Assembly (NCBI GenBank): GCA_964469335.1
Contig: CAYXYK010000002.1
Span: 189,549-253,548 of the forward strand
Length of the DNA: 64,000 nucleotides
From: an uncultured Candidatus Saccharibacteria bacterium
GTDB taxonomy: Bacteria > Patescibacteriota > Minisyncoccia > Phycocordibacterales > UBA6899
Direction: 5' to 3'
Shown: positions 46,620 through 56,093 of the stretch, one piece after another
How the letters are laid out: every line of letters begins with the position of its first letter
Position numbering within the stretch: the stretch's first letter is position 1
Translations under genes and position numbers: made by a program
The notes under the pieces: model-generated
Database searches by the model: none
What the model was told of the DNA's origin: nothing
Seen by the model: only the letters and a program-made list of their open reading frames with translations

Positions 46620-47684
46620 TTACGGTGCTTCCTTGTACTTGCGCTCGGGATCGTACTTCAGTTCAGTGACCCGGCGCACTTCACGACCATCCGGTAGTTT
46701 GAGCTGCTTGAACTGTGCCACCAGGTCGATCTGCTGAAGGATCAGATGTCGCAAATATTCATCGGTGTAGTTCACACTGCAGTCGGGATGTTGGCGCATG
46801 CGTGCCATCAACATCATGATCGCTCCATCGGCACTCTTGCCGTGAATGGTAGTGACCGCACCGGGGTGATCGGATCCAGTGCTCATCGCGTAGTCCCATG
46901 CTTCTGCACCGCGCAGCTCACCGAGGATGATCCGATCGGGGATCATCCGCAGCGACCCTTTCAACAGCTCAGTCATACCGATTGCGCTTTCTCCGCCATC
47001 AGTCTCGTACTTGAGATGCACATGGTTCGGTTGGCTCGGAAATCTAATCTCCCGCGCATCTTCCATCGAGATCAGACGTTCGCGTGGATCAATCAAGCTG
47101 AGTACCGCGTTCTGCAGTGTCGTTTTGCCGGAACCGGTCGCTCCGCTCAAGAGCATGGTAGTCTTTTCCTTGACCGCGAGTGGGAAAAATCGCTTTACCA
47201 GTCTTCTACCTTCTTCGACTCTTCCTTCGGCAAATGCTTTCTCGAACGCACGACTGAGTCCCAGAAGTTCTTCTTCGTGAGGACGAAGTGATGTAGGGGC
47301 ATCGCAGACCATGTCGAACAGTCCGTCGTCGGTGAGTTCGTCAAAGGTCCTGAACTTCGAGGAGGGTTTGCGGATCGCGAATGCCATAGTGTCGTTGTCG
47401 CAACTGGGCGGCTGAACGATGTACACTCGCTCCCCGGTCGGCAAGATCGCTGAGAGAAGAGACTTTTCGGTATCGAGCTTCCGGCGATTTTTCGCAGCGA
47501 TGTAGCGCGCGAGCTCTTTGCACTCGGCGAAAGTGAGCTCTGGCTTCTTGATCTCCGGCTGCCAGCCCATGTGGGTCTTAATGAACACCGAACCAGGCTG
47601 ATTGATACAGATGTCGGTGACATCGGCCCGACCGAGCTCCACCTTGAGGTGCTTCTCGAGACTCATTTCAAGGAGTTCACTCAT
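46620..47684 (-). CDS. virB11: Type IV secretion ATPase VirB11/TrbB
   Basis: Walker A LLSGATGSGKTT, Asp/His boxes and GELRGAEA; 354 aa. Confidence 0.85.
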   Translation of the reverse strand: MSELLEMSLEKHLKVELGRADVTDICINQPGSVFIKTHMGWQPEIKKPELTFAECKELARYIAAKNRRKLDTEKSLLSAILPTGERVYIVQPPSCDNDTMAFAIRKPSSKFRTFDELTDDGLFDMVCDAPTSLRPHEEELLGLSRAFEKAFAEGRVEEGRRLVKRFFPLAVKEKTTMLLSGATGSGKTTLQNAVLSLIDPRERLISMEDAREIRFPSQPNHVHLKYETDGGESAIGMTELLKGSLRMIPDRIILGELRGAEAWDYAMSTGSDHPGAVTTIHGKSADGAIMMLMARMRQHPDCSVNYTDEYLRHLILQQIDLVAQFKQLKLPDGREVRRVTELKYDPERKYKEAP

Positions 47685-47687
47685 GAT

Positions 47688-48809
47688 TCACTCCTTACTA
47701 CGCAGTCGATAGGCGTTGGAAAAGTCGAGGTCTTGCATGGCAATGATCGAAAGCCGTGCTCCTTGTTCCCTGGTAAGGACCGGGGGGATATCCTTGTACT
47801 GATCCAATACCTTTCCAGCTGTGTCGCGTGTCGCGTTGGCGCTATTGCCGAGCACCACGGTGGCACCTGAGCCAGTACCGTTTCCGCTTTTGTTGCTGAT
47901 CCCGACACTGAGGCTGTCGAGGAGCGCAAAGGCGAGCCCCGGGAGGAGTCGCTTCATGAAGCGTGCATCAACATGCCCTTCGATGCCTGGCTCACCGAGC
48001 TCGCTGGTGAACTGGGAACCAAGATCGATGAGGACGTGATCCGGTGTTTCAGCCCGTGCTGCAAGTGCGAACAACCGCTCTTGCCCGAGTGGCAGTGCGC
48101 CGACTTGATTACCGACGATCTTGGTGCCCCTTGGGAGGAGCACCATCTTCTTGTCAGCGCCATAGACATCAGTCGCAAGATCACAGGTGATCTGCCCAGG
48201 CACTTCGCTGTTGATCCGTACCTTTGAGAAACAGTCACCAAGTGGCGTACCTCGCGTGATGGTGTAGGTCGGATTGCGCATCACAGCCGCAAGCGCACCT
48301 GAAGGCTGTGTCGGCTTCATGCTGCCACCGAGACCACCGTCGCCGGAAGTGACGCCTCCGCCGCCGTTCGTCAGAACGGATGGCGATGACATGCGATCGG
48401 CATTCGGATTGCGTGGCTTCGGTGGGTCGACCTGGGTCGGGGCATATGACTTGTCGGCATTCGGGACCACGACGCCAATCGGCTGCGGGGTTGGGGTCGC
48501 CTCCTTCACCACTGGGATCGGCGGAGGAGGTGGCTTAAGGTCTTCCGGAAGATTCGCATCGAGACGTCGTTGAGTGGTCTGGATCTCTGGTTCCTTCTGT
48601 TGATGTTGGGGGCGATACCAGAACATGTAGTAGCAGAACGCCGTCACCAACAGGACGAAGATCGGGATCGCCAGCTTGAGGCGATCGTTGTGTTGTGCAC
48701 GAATGAGTGCGTCGGGACCGGAACGGTCGCCCGGGATCTCGACGTCATGCGATTCGACGTCGACGGGTTCCTCACGATTCCGCGAGGTCCTTCTTCGTTG
48801 AGCAGACAT
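47688..48809 (-). CDS. virB10: VirB10/TrbI-family T4SS protein
   Basis: N-terminal TM helix, a Pro-rich linker (PPPPPIPV...) and a C-terminal TrbI beta-barrel domain (GTKIVGNQVGALPLGQERLF...). Confidence 0.8.
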   Translation of the reverse strand: MSAQRRRTSRNREEPVDVESHDVEIPGDRSGPDALIRAQHNDRLKLAIPIFVLLVTAFCYYMFWYRPQHQQKEPEIQTTQRRLDANLPEDLKPPPPPIPVVKEATPTPQPIGVVVPNADKSYAPTQVDPPKPRNPNADRMSSPSVLTNGGGGVTSGDGGLGGSMKPTQPSGALAAVMRNPTYTITRGTPLGDCFSKVRINSEVPGQITCDLATDVYGADKKMVLLPRGTKIVGNQVGALPLGQERLFALAARAETPDHVLIDLGSQFTSELGEPGIEGHVDARFMKRLLPGLAFALLDSLSVGISNKSGNGTGSGATVVLGNSANATRDTAGKVLDQYKDIPPVLTREQGARLSIIAMQDLDFSNAYRLRSKE

Positions 48810-48912
48810 GTCACTCTCCTTTCGAGATGGTTGATGTGGCAGTGGTCAATCGAGACCTAGCCGTGGCCGAACGGTCGGCAAAGCGAGAAAACAGTGTAGA
48901 CATAACACGATT

Positions 48913-48996
48913 CTCCTTATTTCTGAACATAAAAAAGAACTCGTCTAGTTGGTACCTAGCCGAGTTCATCCTATCGAAATGTCCGGAATGTGCAAG
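48913..48996 (-). repeat. Copy R1 of a ~85-bp repeated module: -35/-10-like hexamers, terminator-like hairpin and AAGGAG
   Basis: Minus strand reads TTGCAC-16 nt-TAGGAT, GAACTCGG(loop)CGAGTTC, T6, ATGTTC..AAATAAGGAG. It fills the trbL-virB10 gap and is closely similar to R2 and R3. Confidence 0.7.
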
Positions 48997-49000
48997 CAAT

Positions 49001-50209
49001 TCAATCGTCGGGAACGAAGTCGATGCCGTTGTCGTGGTGGTCATCTTTGTCGTTACTTTTGTGGTCTTTGTCATAGCTGCGTTGTTGCGCAACATGATGT
49101 TTAACCGCCGATTCTGAGGAGTCAACATTGCTCGGGTCACGCGATGAGCGTCTAGAGCCTTCTCGTGCGGCACGTGCACGTGCCGCGGGGTCCCCTCTCT
49201 GTGCTCGACGTTCAGCGCGCGATGCCTGGGAAGCAGCTGCTCCGCTCCACGCCCTCTGCGCGGCTCCTCCGATTGCACCACCGACACCTGCTGCTGCTGC
49301 TCCAAGCCATCCCGCTCCGGTGGCAGCTGCAGTCTTTGCAGCGCCTCCAAGTGGACGGAAGACGTTCTTGTTCGCAGTTCCGAGTACGTTGGGTGTGATC
49401 AGATGCCAACCTCCAGCGACGCCACGAGTGATGAACTCGATCTGTCGAATGATGAGGTATGCAACGACACCGTTGAAGATCGCGGGCAAGAGTGCGGTCC
49501 AGCCATTCGACACATCTCCCTTGGCTGCTACGAGGCCTGCGATCCACATCGCGAACAAGAGATTTACTGCGATCCCGAGGAACAGAAACATCAGTACGTA
49601 GTTGAGTAGTTGTGTCACCCACCCCTCTGCGAGCTTCACTCCCCACGGGAACGCGAACAACCCTAGAAATAGCACTCCTGACGCAAGCAGCACACCGATG
49701 GCGAACTTGGTAAGCAGGATCAGTGCTGCCGAGATCGCACAGATGATCACAGTCCCCAACAGGACGATGAGTGCAGTGAGGTAGAGACCCAAGGCATCGG
49801 CAGGCTTCCATCCCGTCGCAAGATTCTTGAACGATACGGCGAGCTCGACTCCTTTGTCGAGGGCATCATCAATGACCATGTTGGGTGCTTTGGTCGCACC
49901 CTGGGTCATGACTGAGACCAGTTCACCGGGGATCGCGTAGATCGGGCCTGCCAAGACGGTACTGAACACCCCTGCTGCGAATGCAAGATAGACACAGAAG
50001 CCGACTTTGCACATCTTCCACAGCAAGGTCTCGATCGGGGTATGGATCACCCCGCGTGCGACTCCTATGCCGAACATCACGAACGAAAAGCCGAGCAATG
50101 TCGTGAACGGTCCGATCAGCGCTTTTGCAAGCGAGGACGCGCCGTATGCGACGAAGCCGACGATCGCTGTGTCGACGTAGTTGAAATAGTCACTGACAAG
50201 TGTTGACAT
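49001..50209 (-). CDS. trbL: VirB6/TrbL-family T4SS inner-membrane protein
   Basis: Polytopic membrane protein with the TrbL topology and a Gly/Ala-rich, then charged, C-terminal extension. Confidence 0.8.
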   Translation of the reverse strand: MSTLVSDYFNYVDTAIVGFVAYGASSLAKALIGPFTTLLGFSFVMFGIGVARGVIHTPIETLLWKMCKVGFCVYLAFAAGVFSTVLAGPIYAIPGELVSVMTQGATKAPNMVIDDALDKGVELAVSFKNLATGWKPADALGLYLTALIVLLGTVIICAISAALILLTKFAIGVLLASGVLFLGLFAFPWGVKLAEGWVTQLLNYVLMFLFLGIAVNLLFAMWIAGLVAAKGDVSNGWTALLPAIFNGVVAYLIIRQIEFITRGVAGGWHLITPNVLGTANKNVFRPLGGAAKTAAATGAGWLGAAAAGVGGAIGGAAQRAWSGAAASQASRAERRAQRGDPAARARAAREGSRRSSRDPSNVDSSESAVKHHVAQQRSYDKDHKSNDKDDHHDNGIDFVPDD

Positions 50210-50245
50210 CGTAGTTCTCCTTTCAGATGATCAGAGTGCTCGAGG

Positions 50246-50647
50246 TCAACGACCTTCTGCCTTTCTGTAGATAACTTTCGGAACGCTTGCGCTCTCTGCC
50301 GGAAAAAACGTCCGCGGTGCCGAGGCTGCTTTCGCATCTTCAAGCGCCGCATCTATGGTTGCCGTACTTTCACGACTCAGCTCTTCGATCTTCCTTAGAG
50401 TTGCATCCTTGTGGATGACGAACTTAGGCGCATTCCATTTTGGGAGCTCTGTGGGGAAACTGAAATATCCAACCATGATGAATGCAAGTCCGAGCAGCAC
50501 CATCACGGTTGCGAACAGTCGTCCTTGGGTATAGCGCGTGTTGCTGTGTCGGAGTGGAGCACCCTTGTCGCCATCGATCTCGATGATTCGCTCTCCCCCA
50601 TCCACACCAGTCGGTGTGGATGGGGATTCTTCACTGGTCGAGGTCAT
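50246..50647 (-). CDS. Small T4SS-associated membrane protein (133 aa, unknown family)
   Basis: Single TM helix, a GAGGAAG RBS, overlap with the trbG stop, and position between trbG and trbL. Confidence 0.5.
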   Translation of the reverse strand: MTSTSEESPSTPTGVDGGERIIEIDGDKGAPLRHSNTRYTQGRLFATVMVLLGLAFIMVGYFSFPTELPKWNAPKFVIHKDATLRKIEELSRESTATIDAALEDAKAASAPRTFFPAESASVPKVIYRKAEGR

Positions 50648-51498
50648 TTTGGCTTCCTCACTTCCTTTTCTGTGCCTGGGACCGAAGTCCCTGGGTAACT
50701 CACCGGGAGTGTTCGCTCGAGCGGATCCTCTCTTCGGATCACGGTCGCATATGCCATGCCTTTTCGGAGGACGAGGCGCATGACGACGCGCGGTACGACG
50801 ATGGTGTCGCCGTGCTGCACACTGGTGTCGACGCTGCTTTCGCTACCGTCGGCATTCCAGATGAAGACAACCGGGAGCTCTTGCTGTTTGTAGAAGCGCA
50901 AGAAGGTGAACGTGCCGTCGTCGTAGACTTCGGCGGGATCGTCTCCCTCAGTGTTCGGCATCGATTGCGCAGTGTAGCGGTAATTGCGCACTCGCGGGTC
51001 ATCGCTGTACCCTCGCAGATAGTTGAACCTCAGCACGTACGTCATCCCCTTCGCTTCGGCGGATGAGGCGATGCACTTGTTGACGCACTTGAGGGTGAAC
51101 AGGTAGGTACGCTTGTTGGTGATGATCACCGCGTTCGAGTCGACGTTCGACGGAAACGGCACATCGACTTCCTTGCCATCAGTTCCTTTCGTCTTCATAT
51201 CCCACTTGGGCTTGACCGTGAACTTGTTGCCAAGCTGACGGACTTCCCACGGCCCGATGAAACCGAGGCTCGACGACTTCTCGTCGATCACCTCGTCACC
51301 TTCGAGCTCCACGACCGTGATGAAACCGAAATACCCGTAGAGGGTCACGATCTTGTCGCGTTCGTAATTCTCGATGCGGATACGCGGATCTGACTTCGGC
51401 ACGTAGGGAGGTGGGGGTTTCTCTCCAGCTGCGTAAGCGGCAGAGAGGACGAGCGTGGCCAAGAGCGCCACGCAGATACGTTTGAGTAGATTACTCAT
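50644..51498 (-). CDS. virB9: VirB9/TrbG-family T4SS protein
   Basis: Signal peptide plus the two beta-sandwich domains characteristic of VirB9/CagX (YGYFGFITVVELEG...; TFLRFYKQQELPVVFIWNADGSE). Confidence 0.8.
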   Translation of the reverse strand: MSNLLKRICVALLATLVLSAAYAAGEKPPPPYVPKSDPRIRIENYERDKIVTLYGYFGFITVVELEGDEVIDEKSSSLGFIGPWEVRQLGNKFTVKPKWDMKTKGTDGKEVDVPFPSNVDSNAVIITNKRTYLFTLKCVNKCIASSAEAKGMTYVLRFNYLRGYSDDPRVRNYRYTAQSMPNTEGDDPAEVYDDGTFTFLRFYKQQELPVVFIWNADGSESSVDTSVQHGDTIVVPRVVMRLVLRKGMAYATVIRREDPLERTLPVSYPGTSVPGTEKEVRKPK

Positions 51499-52259
51499 TT
51501 GACGTCTTCCTTGTCGGTTGTGTGGCGGACCACTTGCAGTCGGAATGGGTTGACCAAGTTAGCTTCTTCACCTTGTTTTGCATCCTCGGCGAAGTAGTAC
51601 TCGATGGTCGCAACCTTGCGGACCTTCTTCGGTTCGGGTTGGGCCAAGCTTTTCTCCTCCTGCACGTAGTGCACGGACATCATCTTGGTCTTCGCCTTCG
51701 GGTCGGAAAGTACTGTCGGTTGCATATACAAGAACTCGAGCTTGATGTAGCCGGTTCCTTCTTCACCACCGTGAGTCGCGTACATCCCTTCTGGGTTGTC
51801 GTACTTGAAGTCTTTCACGAGAGAGTCGAGTGTTGGCCCGGCTTCGGCGAAGTATTTGCAGGTCTTGAACTGAATCTGGTGCCGTGATTGGTGATACTCC
51901 TCACGGCACTTGACCCATTGCCAAATGAACGAGTTGGTCGCGAGGTTGCGATACGTGCGATCGAAGTCCTTGATCGCGGTCACGTGGTCGACGACACCTT
52001 TCGAGTCGACGGTCATCAATATCGGTTGGGGTGCTTCCTTGAGACGGATCTCATAGAACGCGCTCATCGACGATATGACGGCGATCACGAACATGCCGAT
52101 TGCGACCCTGATGCTGATGCGCATCTTGTAGACCAAGAGCGCAATGACGCTGCGTTCGTGACTGTTGGCCGAGTTGAAGTACTTGAGTAGGTCGTCTGTC
52201 CCGACCGGCTGTTTTGCCGGTTCGACACTGACGTGCTTACGCCTGAAGAAACTGAACAT
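51495..52259 (-). CDS. virB8: VirB8/TrbF-family T4SS protein
   Basis: N-terminal TM helix plus an NTF2-like periplasmic domain; the size and motif pattern fit TrbF. Confidence 0.75.
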   Translation of the reverse strand: MFSFFRRKHVSVEPAKQPVGTDDLLKYFNSANSHERSVIALLVYKMRISIRVAIGMFVIAVISSMSAFYEIRLKEAPQPILMTVDSKGVVDHVTAIKDFDRTYRNLATNSFIWQWVKCREEYHQSRHQIQFKTCKYFAEAGPTLDSLVKDFKYDNPEGMYATHGGEEGTGYIKLEFLYMQPTVLSDPKAKTKMMSVHYVQEEKSLAQPEPKKVRKVATIEYYFAEDAKQGEEANLVNPFRLQVVRHTTDKEDVK

Positions 52260-52298
52260 GACGATCTCCTTGTCTAAAAAGTATGGTGCCGAGGCACA

Positions 52299-52469
52299 TT
52301 ACTTTTTCGCGGACACAGACGCTGCTGGGGTTACCGATTTCGGCGGTACCGGGCGCTTGTCGAGGTTGAGTTTGCGCTCCGGACCAGTCGGATAGGGAGC
52401 CTTCGGTGGCGTCGTGCATGCAGTGCACAAAGCGAACACGATCGAGGCAAAAACAAACTGTTTGCACAT
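52299..52469 (-). CDS. Small lipoprotein (VirB7/TrbH-like position), 56 aa
   Basis: MCKQFVFASIVFALCTAC TTPPKAPYPTGPERK...: a signal peptide with a Cys lipobox-like site. AAGGAG lies 9 nt upstream of ATG 52469. The track's N-terminal extension runs across repeat R2 and is rejected. Confidence 0.55.
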   Translation of the reverse strand: MCKQFVFASIVFALCTACTTPPKAPYPTGPERKLNLDKRPVPPKSVTPAASVSAKK

Positions 52470-52478
52470 GATTGCACA

Positions 52479-52560
52479 CTCCTTATTTGAGAACATAATA
52501 AAGAACTCGTCTAGAAACTCTACCAAGTTAATCCTAGCGAAATGAGGGAATTGTGCAAGC
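52479..52560 (-). repeat. Copy R2 of the repeated promoter/hairpin/RBS module
   Basis: Minus strand reads TTGCAC-16-TAGGAT, AACTTGG(loop)CGAGTTC (the stem is kept via a G-U pair), TTTATT, ATGTTCTCAAATAAGGAG, then the lipoprotein ATG. Confidence 0.7.
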
Positions 52561-52765
52561 AAATCTGCCCTGAAATGGGGTTTTCAGAAATAGATGAAAA
52601 TTGAGGATACAAGGAAGCAACACTTCCTTGTTGTGCGCCTCCTATTTTAATGATGCTTACGACTAGAAGCAGTGGAAAAGTCCGCTTTTCATTTAAAATT
52701 CCATAAAAAGGCCCTCCGTCCCAGAAACTGGGAGGAGGGGGCGTTTCTTTCGACCATGTAGGTCC

Positions 52766-53500
52766 TTACTTGCCGTAGACGACCTTTGGGGCCGGTCGTT
52801 GATCCATCTTCATCAGCATGTCGGATTGCATCTGGACGAGCTGTTCTTGACTGGCCCGATTGGCTTCGGCGAGCGCGTAGAGTCGGATCTGCTCGTTAAG
52901 GAGCATGTTCTGCTGAGCCTGGATACGGGCCTGCAGTTCGCCGATCGACTTGGCATCGTCGGTCGTGCCGATGGCTTCGACCAATTGCTTGTTGGTCTTC
53001 ACCCGATTCACGGCAGCAGTTTGCGCGGCATCACTGGTTGCGCGCATCCCTGCGAGTTGGTTGACCCGCTCTTTCCAGATCCGTGCGGACTCGGTACCCA
53101 TGTCGCCGCCGAAGGTGTCATTGGTCAGGCTGGTGACTTCGCCACGCAGACGTTCGACCACTTTGGCGAGCCGTGCAGATTCGCCGACTGCATCACGCGC
53201 ACCGATCATGCTGGCGCGGGCATCGGGAGGAAGGTAGTCGAAATTCGAGTTCTCGAACTCGCCCATCAAGAGCTTCTCGAAGCCGCGCTTGCCGGTGACT
53301 TGCTCGTACATCTGCTTGGCCTGCTGGAGCTGCTTGATCAGCGTCTCGTACTGCTTGATGTATTCGGCCATCGCCTTGGCTGCCTCGGCAATACGCAGCA
53401 CGTTCGAAGGGGCATCGTGTACCGGCCAGACCGCCAGCGAACTGGTGACAGCGGCGAAGAACAATGCGACAGCCAATGCGAAGTTTCGCAATTTGAACAT
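52766..53500 (-). CDS. trbJ: TrbJ/VirB5-family T4SS protein
   Basis: Signal peptide and a long coiled-coil helical protein of 244 aa. AAGGAG lies 7 nt upstream of the ATG. Confidence 0.7.
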   Translation of the reverse strand: MFKLRNFALAVALFFAAVTSSLAVWPVHDAPSNVLRIAEAAKAMAEYIKQYETLIKQLQQAKQMYEQVTGKRGFEKLLMGEFENSNFDYLPPDARASMIGARDAVGESARLAKVVERLRGEVTSLTNDTFGGDMGTESARIWKERVNQLAGMRATSDAAQTAAVNRVKTNKQLVEAIGTTDDAKSIGELQARIQAQQNMLLNEQIRLYALAEANRASQEQLVQMQSDMLMKMDQRPAPKVVYGK

Positions 53501-53506
53501 GACGAT

Positions 53507-53590
53507 CTCCTTGAAAACATGAAAAAAAGAACTCGGTTTGGGGTTTAGCCAACACCGAGTTCATGTTATCGAATGCGTCAAAATGTGCAA
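53507..53590 (-). repeat. Copy R3 of the repeated promoter/hairpin/RBS module
   Basis: Minus strand reads TTGCAC-16-TAACAT, GAACTCGGTGTTGG(loop)CCAAACCGAGTTC, T7, CATGTTTTCAAGGAG, then the trbJ ATG. Confidence 0.7.
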
Positions 53591-53626
53591 GTTGCTTGAT
53601 CGGAGGTTTTCGTGTTACCGAATCCC

Positions 53627-56038
53627 TCAGCCTTTCTTCTTTCTCCTACGATGGAAGATCGGAAGCCACAGTTCGGGATCGGAACCGACATCTGCGATGA
53701 TCTCTTCGACAAGGAGTGTGTGCTCCGCGGACGATGACAGCACTGCGAGATCGTCATCCATGCCGGCAAGGTCGAGCAATACCACTCCTGAGACATCACC
53801 CTGCTTGATGAACACAAGGTGCGAATTGAGCGGTAGCGACTTTATGGTCATGAACTCCGCCTCACTGAGCTCGAACCCGTTCACGTACTCCTTCATCTTG
53901 GCCGACGGATTGGGCAGGAAGACCTTGGTGGCGAAACCGTCGATGATGGTCGGAAAGATGACGCTCCCCACGGCATCAGCTGCGCTCTGTGTCGCGACGA
54001 TGAAGAACCAGTTCTGACTCCGAGTCGTCTTCGTGCGCTTCTTGAACTCCGTAACGAAGAACTCATCGTCAAGCGCGCGCCAGAACTCATCGATGATGGT
54101 GAACATTCTCCCCTGCCCGATCAAGAGCTGCATGCGGTAGAAGAGGTACATCATCAGCGGCTGACGGATACCCTTGTTCTCGATGAACTGCGTCATGTCG
54201 AAGCCGGTCAATTGGTCCGGACGAAAATCGATGCCATCAACTTCGTTGTCGAACAACCACGCCTTCGATCCTTCACCGAACCACTGCGACAGTCGCTGTC
54301 CAAGTTGTTCATCGATGTTGATCGATTCGGACAACTTGTTGATCCGACGCGATGCCTTCGGCAACCTGAACACCGAGGTGATCGCGTCGCCGAGTTGCAT
54401 GCTCTCCTTGACCGTGAGCGGGGGGCCACCGTCATCTTCGAGCATGCTCTGAAGCAGCACCTTGAGGAACTCGATGTTTTCGGAAGTCCCATCGAGCTGG
54501 AACGGATTGAAGCCGGTCTTTTCGCCGTTTTTCAAGACGAAGTAGTCGCCCTTCGCCGCACGGATACCGATCTCCATCCCGCGCTTGTAATCGAACACGA
54601 TCCCTTTGGCAGCGAACTGCTTCAGGTGCAAAGCGAGGAAGGTCAGAAACACCGTCTTCCCTGAGCCGATGGGGCCGACCACGAGCGCATTGCCGACATC
54701 CGCGACGTGGAAGTTGTAGTCGTACGGATCGCCTGACGCGGTCCGCAGCATCGCCACGGATTCGCCCCAGTGATTCCCCGAGCGCTTGCCACGCATGTAG
54801 CGGTGGAAGGACGTGAGCCCACACCAGTTGAGGCTGGTGATCGGCACTTGGCGCGGATTGAGCTTCATGTTGCCCGGCAGTTGTGACCACCAGGCTGCCG
54901 CGAGTCCGAGCCATTCACGCTTCGCAATGAATCCGCCATCAGAGAGCACTCCGCGGGCCTTCGCGAGGTTGAGATTCACCTCCTCGGCATTCGCACCCTT
55001 CACAACGAGTGAGCCGTGATACATGCCCATGTCGAACTTGCGAGCAGTGAGGTCGTTGAGCGCGCCACCTTCGCCGCGTCGGGTGATCTCCTCGACTTGC
55101 GAGCCGGCATCGTCTTCGGTCTGCTCCAGGTGGATACCGTAGAGTTTCATCATCTTCTTCGCCTTCTCACGCGGAAGTAGTGCGAACGATTGCGTGAAGA
55201 CGAACTCGAACGGAAGCGCCAACAGATCATCGAGATGCCCAGGGCCTGAACTCATCGGGTATTCTTCGATGCCGAGTGCGGCGACATAGACTGAATCGTC
55301 TCCGTGGATGACACCGAGCGTATGACGGAAGATGGGTCGTGCCGCGAGCAAGGTGTCGCAGATGTTGTCGTGGGTAAGCGGCACCCGTTGATCGAAACCG
55401 TTGGCGATGTAGTGATACAGCTCGAGCTGTTCAGAAAAGACGTTGCCATTGAGGTCGTAGGTCGTGAGTGACTGAAGCTTGAAGTGCTTGAGGCCGGCCT
55501 CGAGTGCACGAGTCACTTCGTCGAAGTCTTCGAGTGCGATTGCGTCTTCTTCTTGTAGCTGGGCAGGGGTCATCTTGCTCGAACGTGCCGATAAGGGGCC
55601 GACACCACCATCGCTCATGCGATAGACGACCGAGAGGTAGTGTGTGCTCTCGTGAAGCTGGATGTCCGCCAGGTTCTCCGCATATCGACGATTGAGATCA
55701 TCAGGGTAACCCGGTTCGAACTTCCTCCGTGGTGATTCACCCGAACGCCGACGCAAGAGATGCGTATAGAATGTCAGCCTGCCATCAGCGATGCCGTTCA
55801 CCACACGTATAGTGTGGTTGAGCGCGTTGTGGAATGCATTCAACATGTCATCCTCAACACATTCGAATGGAACTCCGGTGACGTAGTAGGTGCGGACGAA
55901 GTCGCCTTCTTGAGTCCGAATGGTGCGGTCATCGACCAGTACCTGGAACGGGATATCCTTGTCTGCGGATATCTCGTATCGCTCGAGCACAGCCGGTGAT
56001 GGCGTGCGTAAGAGCAGTCCTTGCAGAAGTGCACTCAT
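53627..56038 (-). CDS. virB4: Type IV secretion ATPase VirB4/TrbE
   Basis: 803 aa; Walker A VVGPIGSGKTVF, Walker B MFTIIDEFW and the VirB4 C-terminal motifs. Confidence 0.9.
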   Translation of the reverse strand: MSALLQGLLLRTPSPAVLERYEISADKDIPFQVLVDDRTIRTQEGDFVRTYYVTGVPFECVEDDMLNAFHNALNHTIRVVNGIADGRLTFYTHLLRRRSGESPRRKFEPGYPDDLNRRYAENLADIQLHESTHYLSVVYRMSDGGVGPLSARSSKMTPAQLQEEDAIALEDFDEVTRALEAGLKHFKLQSLTTYDLNGNVFSEQLELYHYIANGFDQRVPLTHDNICDTLLAARPIFRHTLGVIHGDDSVYVAALGIEEYPMSSGPGHLDDLLALPFEFVFTQSFALLPREKAKKMMKLYGIHLEQTEDDAGSQVEEITRRGEGGALNDLTARKFDMGMYHGSLVVKGANAEEVNLNLAKARGVLSDGGFIAKREWLGLAAAWWSQLPGNMKLNPRQVPITSLNWCGLTSFHRYMRGKRSGNHWGESVAMLRTASGDPYDYNFHVADVGNALVVGPIGSGKTVFLTFLALHLKQFAAKGIVFDYKRGMEIGIRAAKGDYFVLKNGEKTGFNPFQLDGTSENIEFLKVLLQSMLEDDGGPPLTVKESMQLGDAITSVFRLPKASRRINKLSESINIDEQLGQRLSQWFGEGSKAWLFDNEVDGIDFRPDQLTGFDMTQFIENKGIRQPLMMYLFYRMQLLIGQGRMFTIIDEFWRALDDEFFVTEFKKRTKTTRSQNWFFIVATQSAADAVGSVIFPTIIDGFATKVFLPNPSAKMKEYVNGFELSEAEFMTIKSLPLNSHLVFIKQGDVSGVVLLDLAGMDDDLAVLSSSAEHTLLVEEIIADVGSDPELWLPIFHRRRKKKG

Positions 56039-56093
56039 GGCAATCTCCTTGTTGAGTGGAAATGAAAAGTGGGGAGCGATTGCTCCCCACCGT

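Noticed and set aside
48811-49350. 179-aa minus-strand ORF spanning trbL 3' end, R1 and the virB10 5' end
   Set aside because: It overlaps the well-supported trbL in another frame and runs through the R1 hairpin. Only its last ~30 codons, downstream of AAGGAG, are plausible as a leader mini-ORF (reported as a finding).
52470-52562. N-terminal extension of the lipoprotein ORF (MLAQFPHFARINLVEFLDEFFIMFSNKECAI...)
   Set aside because: It is translated through the R2 repeat/hairpin. The downstream ATG at 52469 has AAGGAG at the correct spacing and yields a signal peptide with a lipobox-like Cys.
52799-53548. 249-aa plus-strand ORF
   Set aside because: Antisense to trbJ in GC-rich DNA and spans the R3 repeat. 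No RBS and an Arg/Leu/Gly-biased shadow composition.
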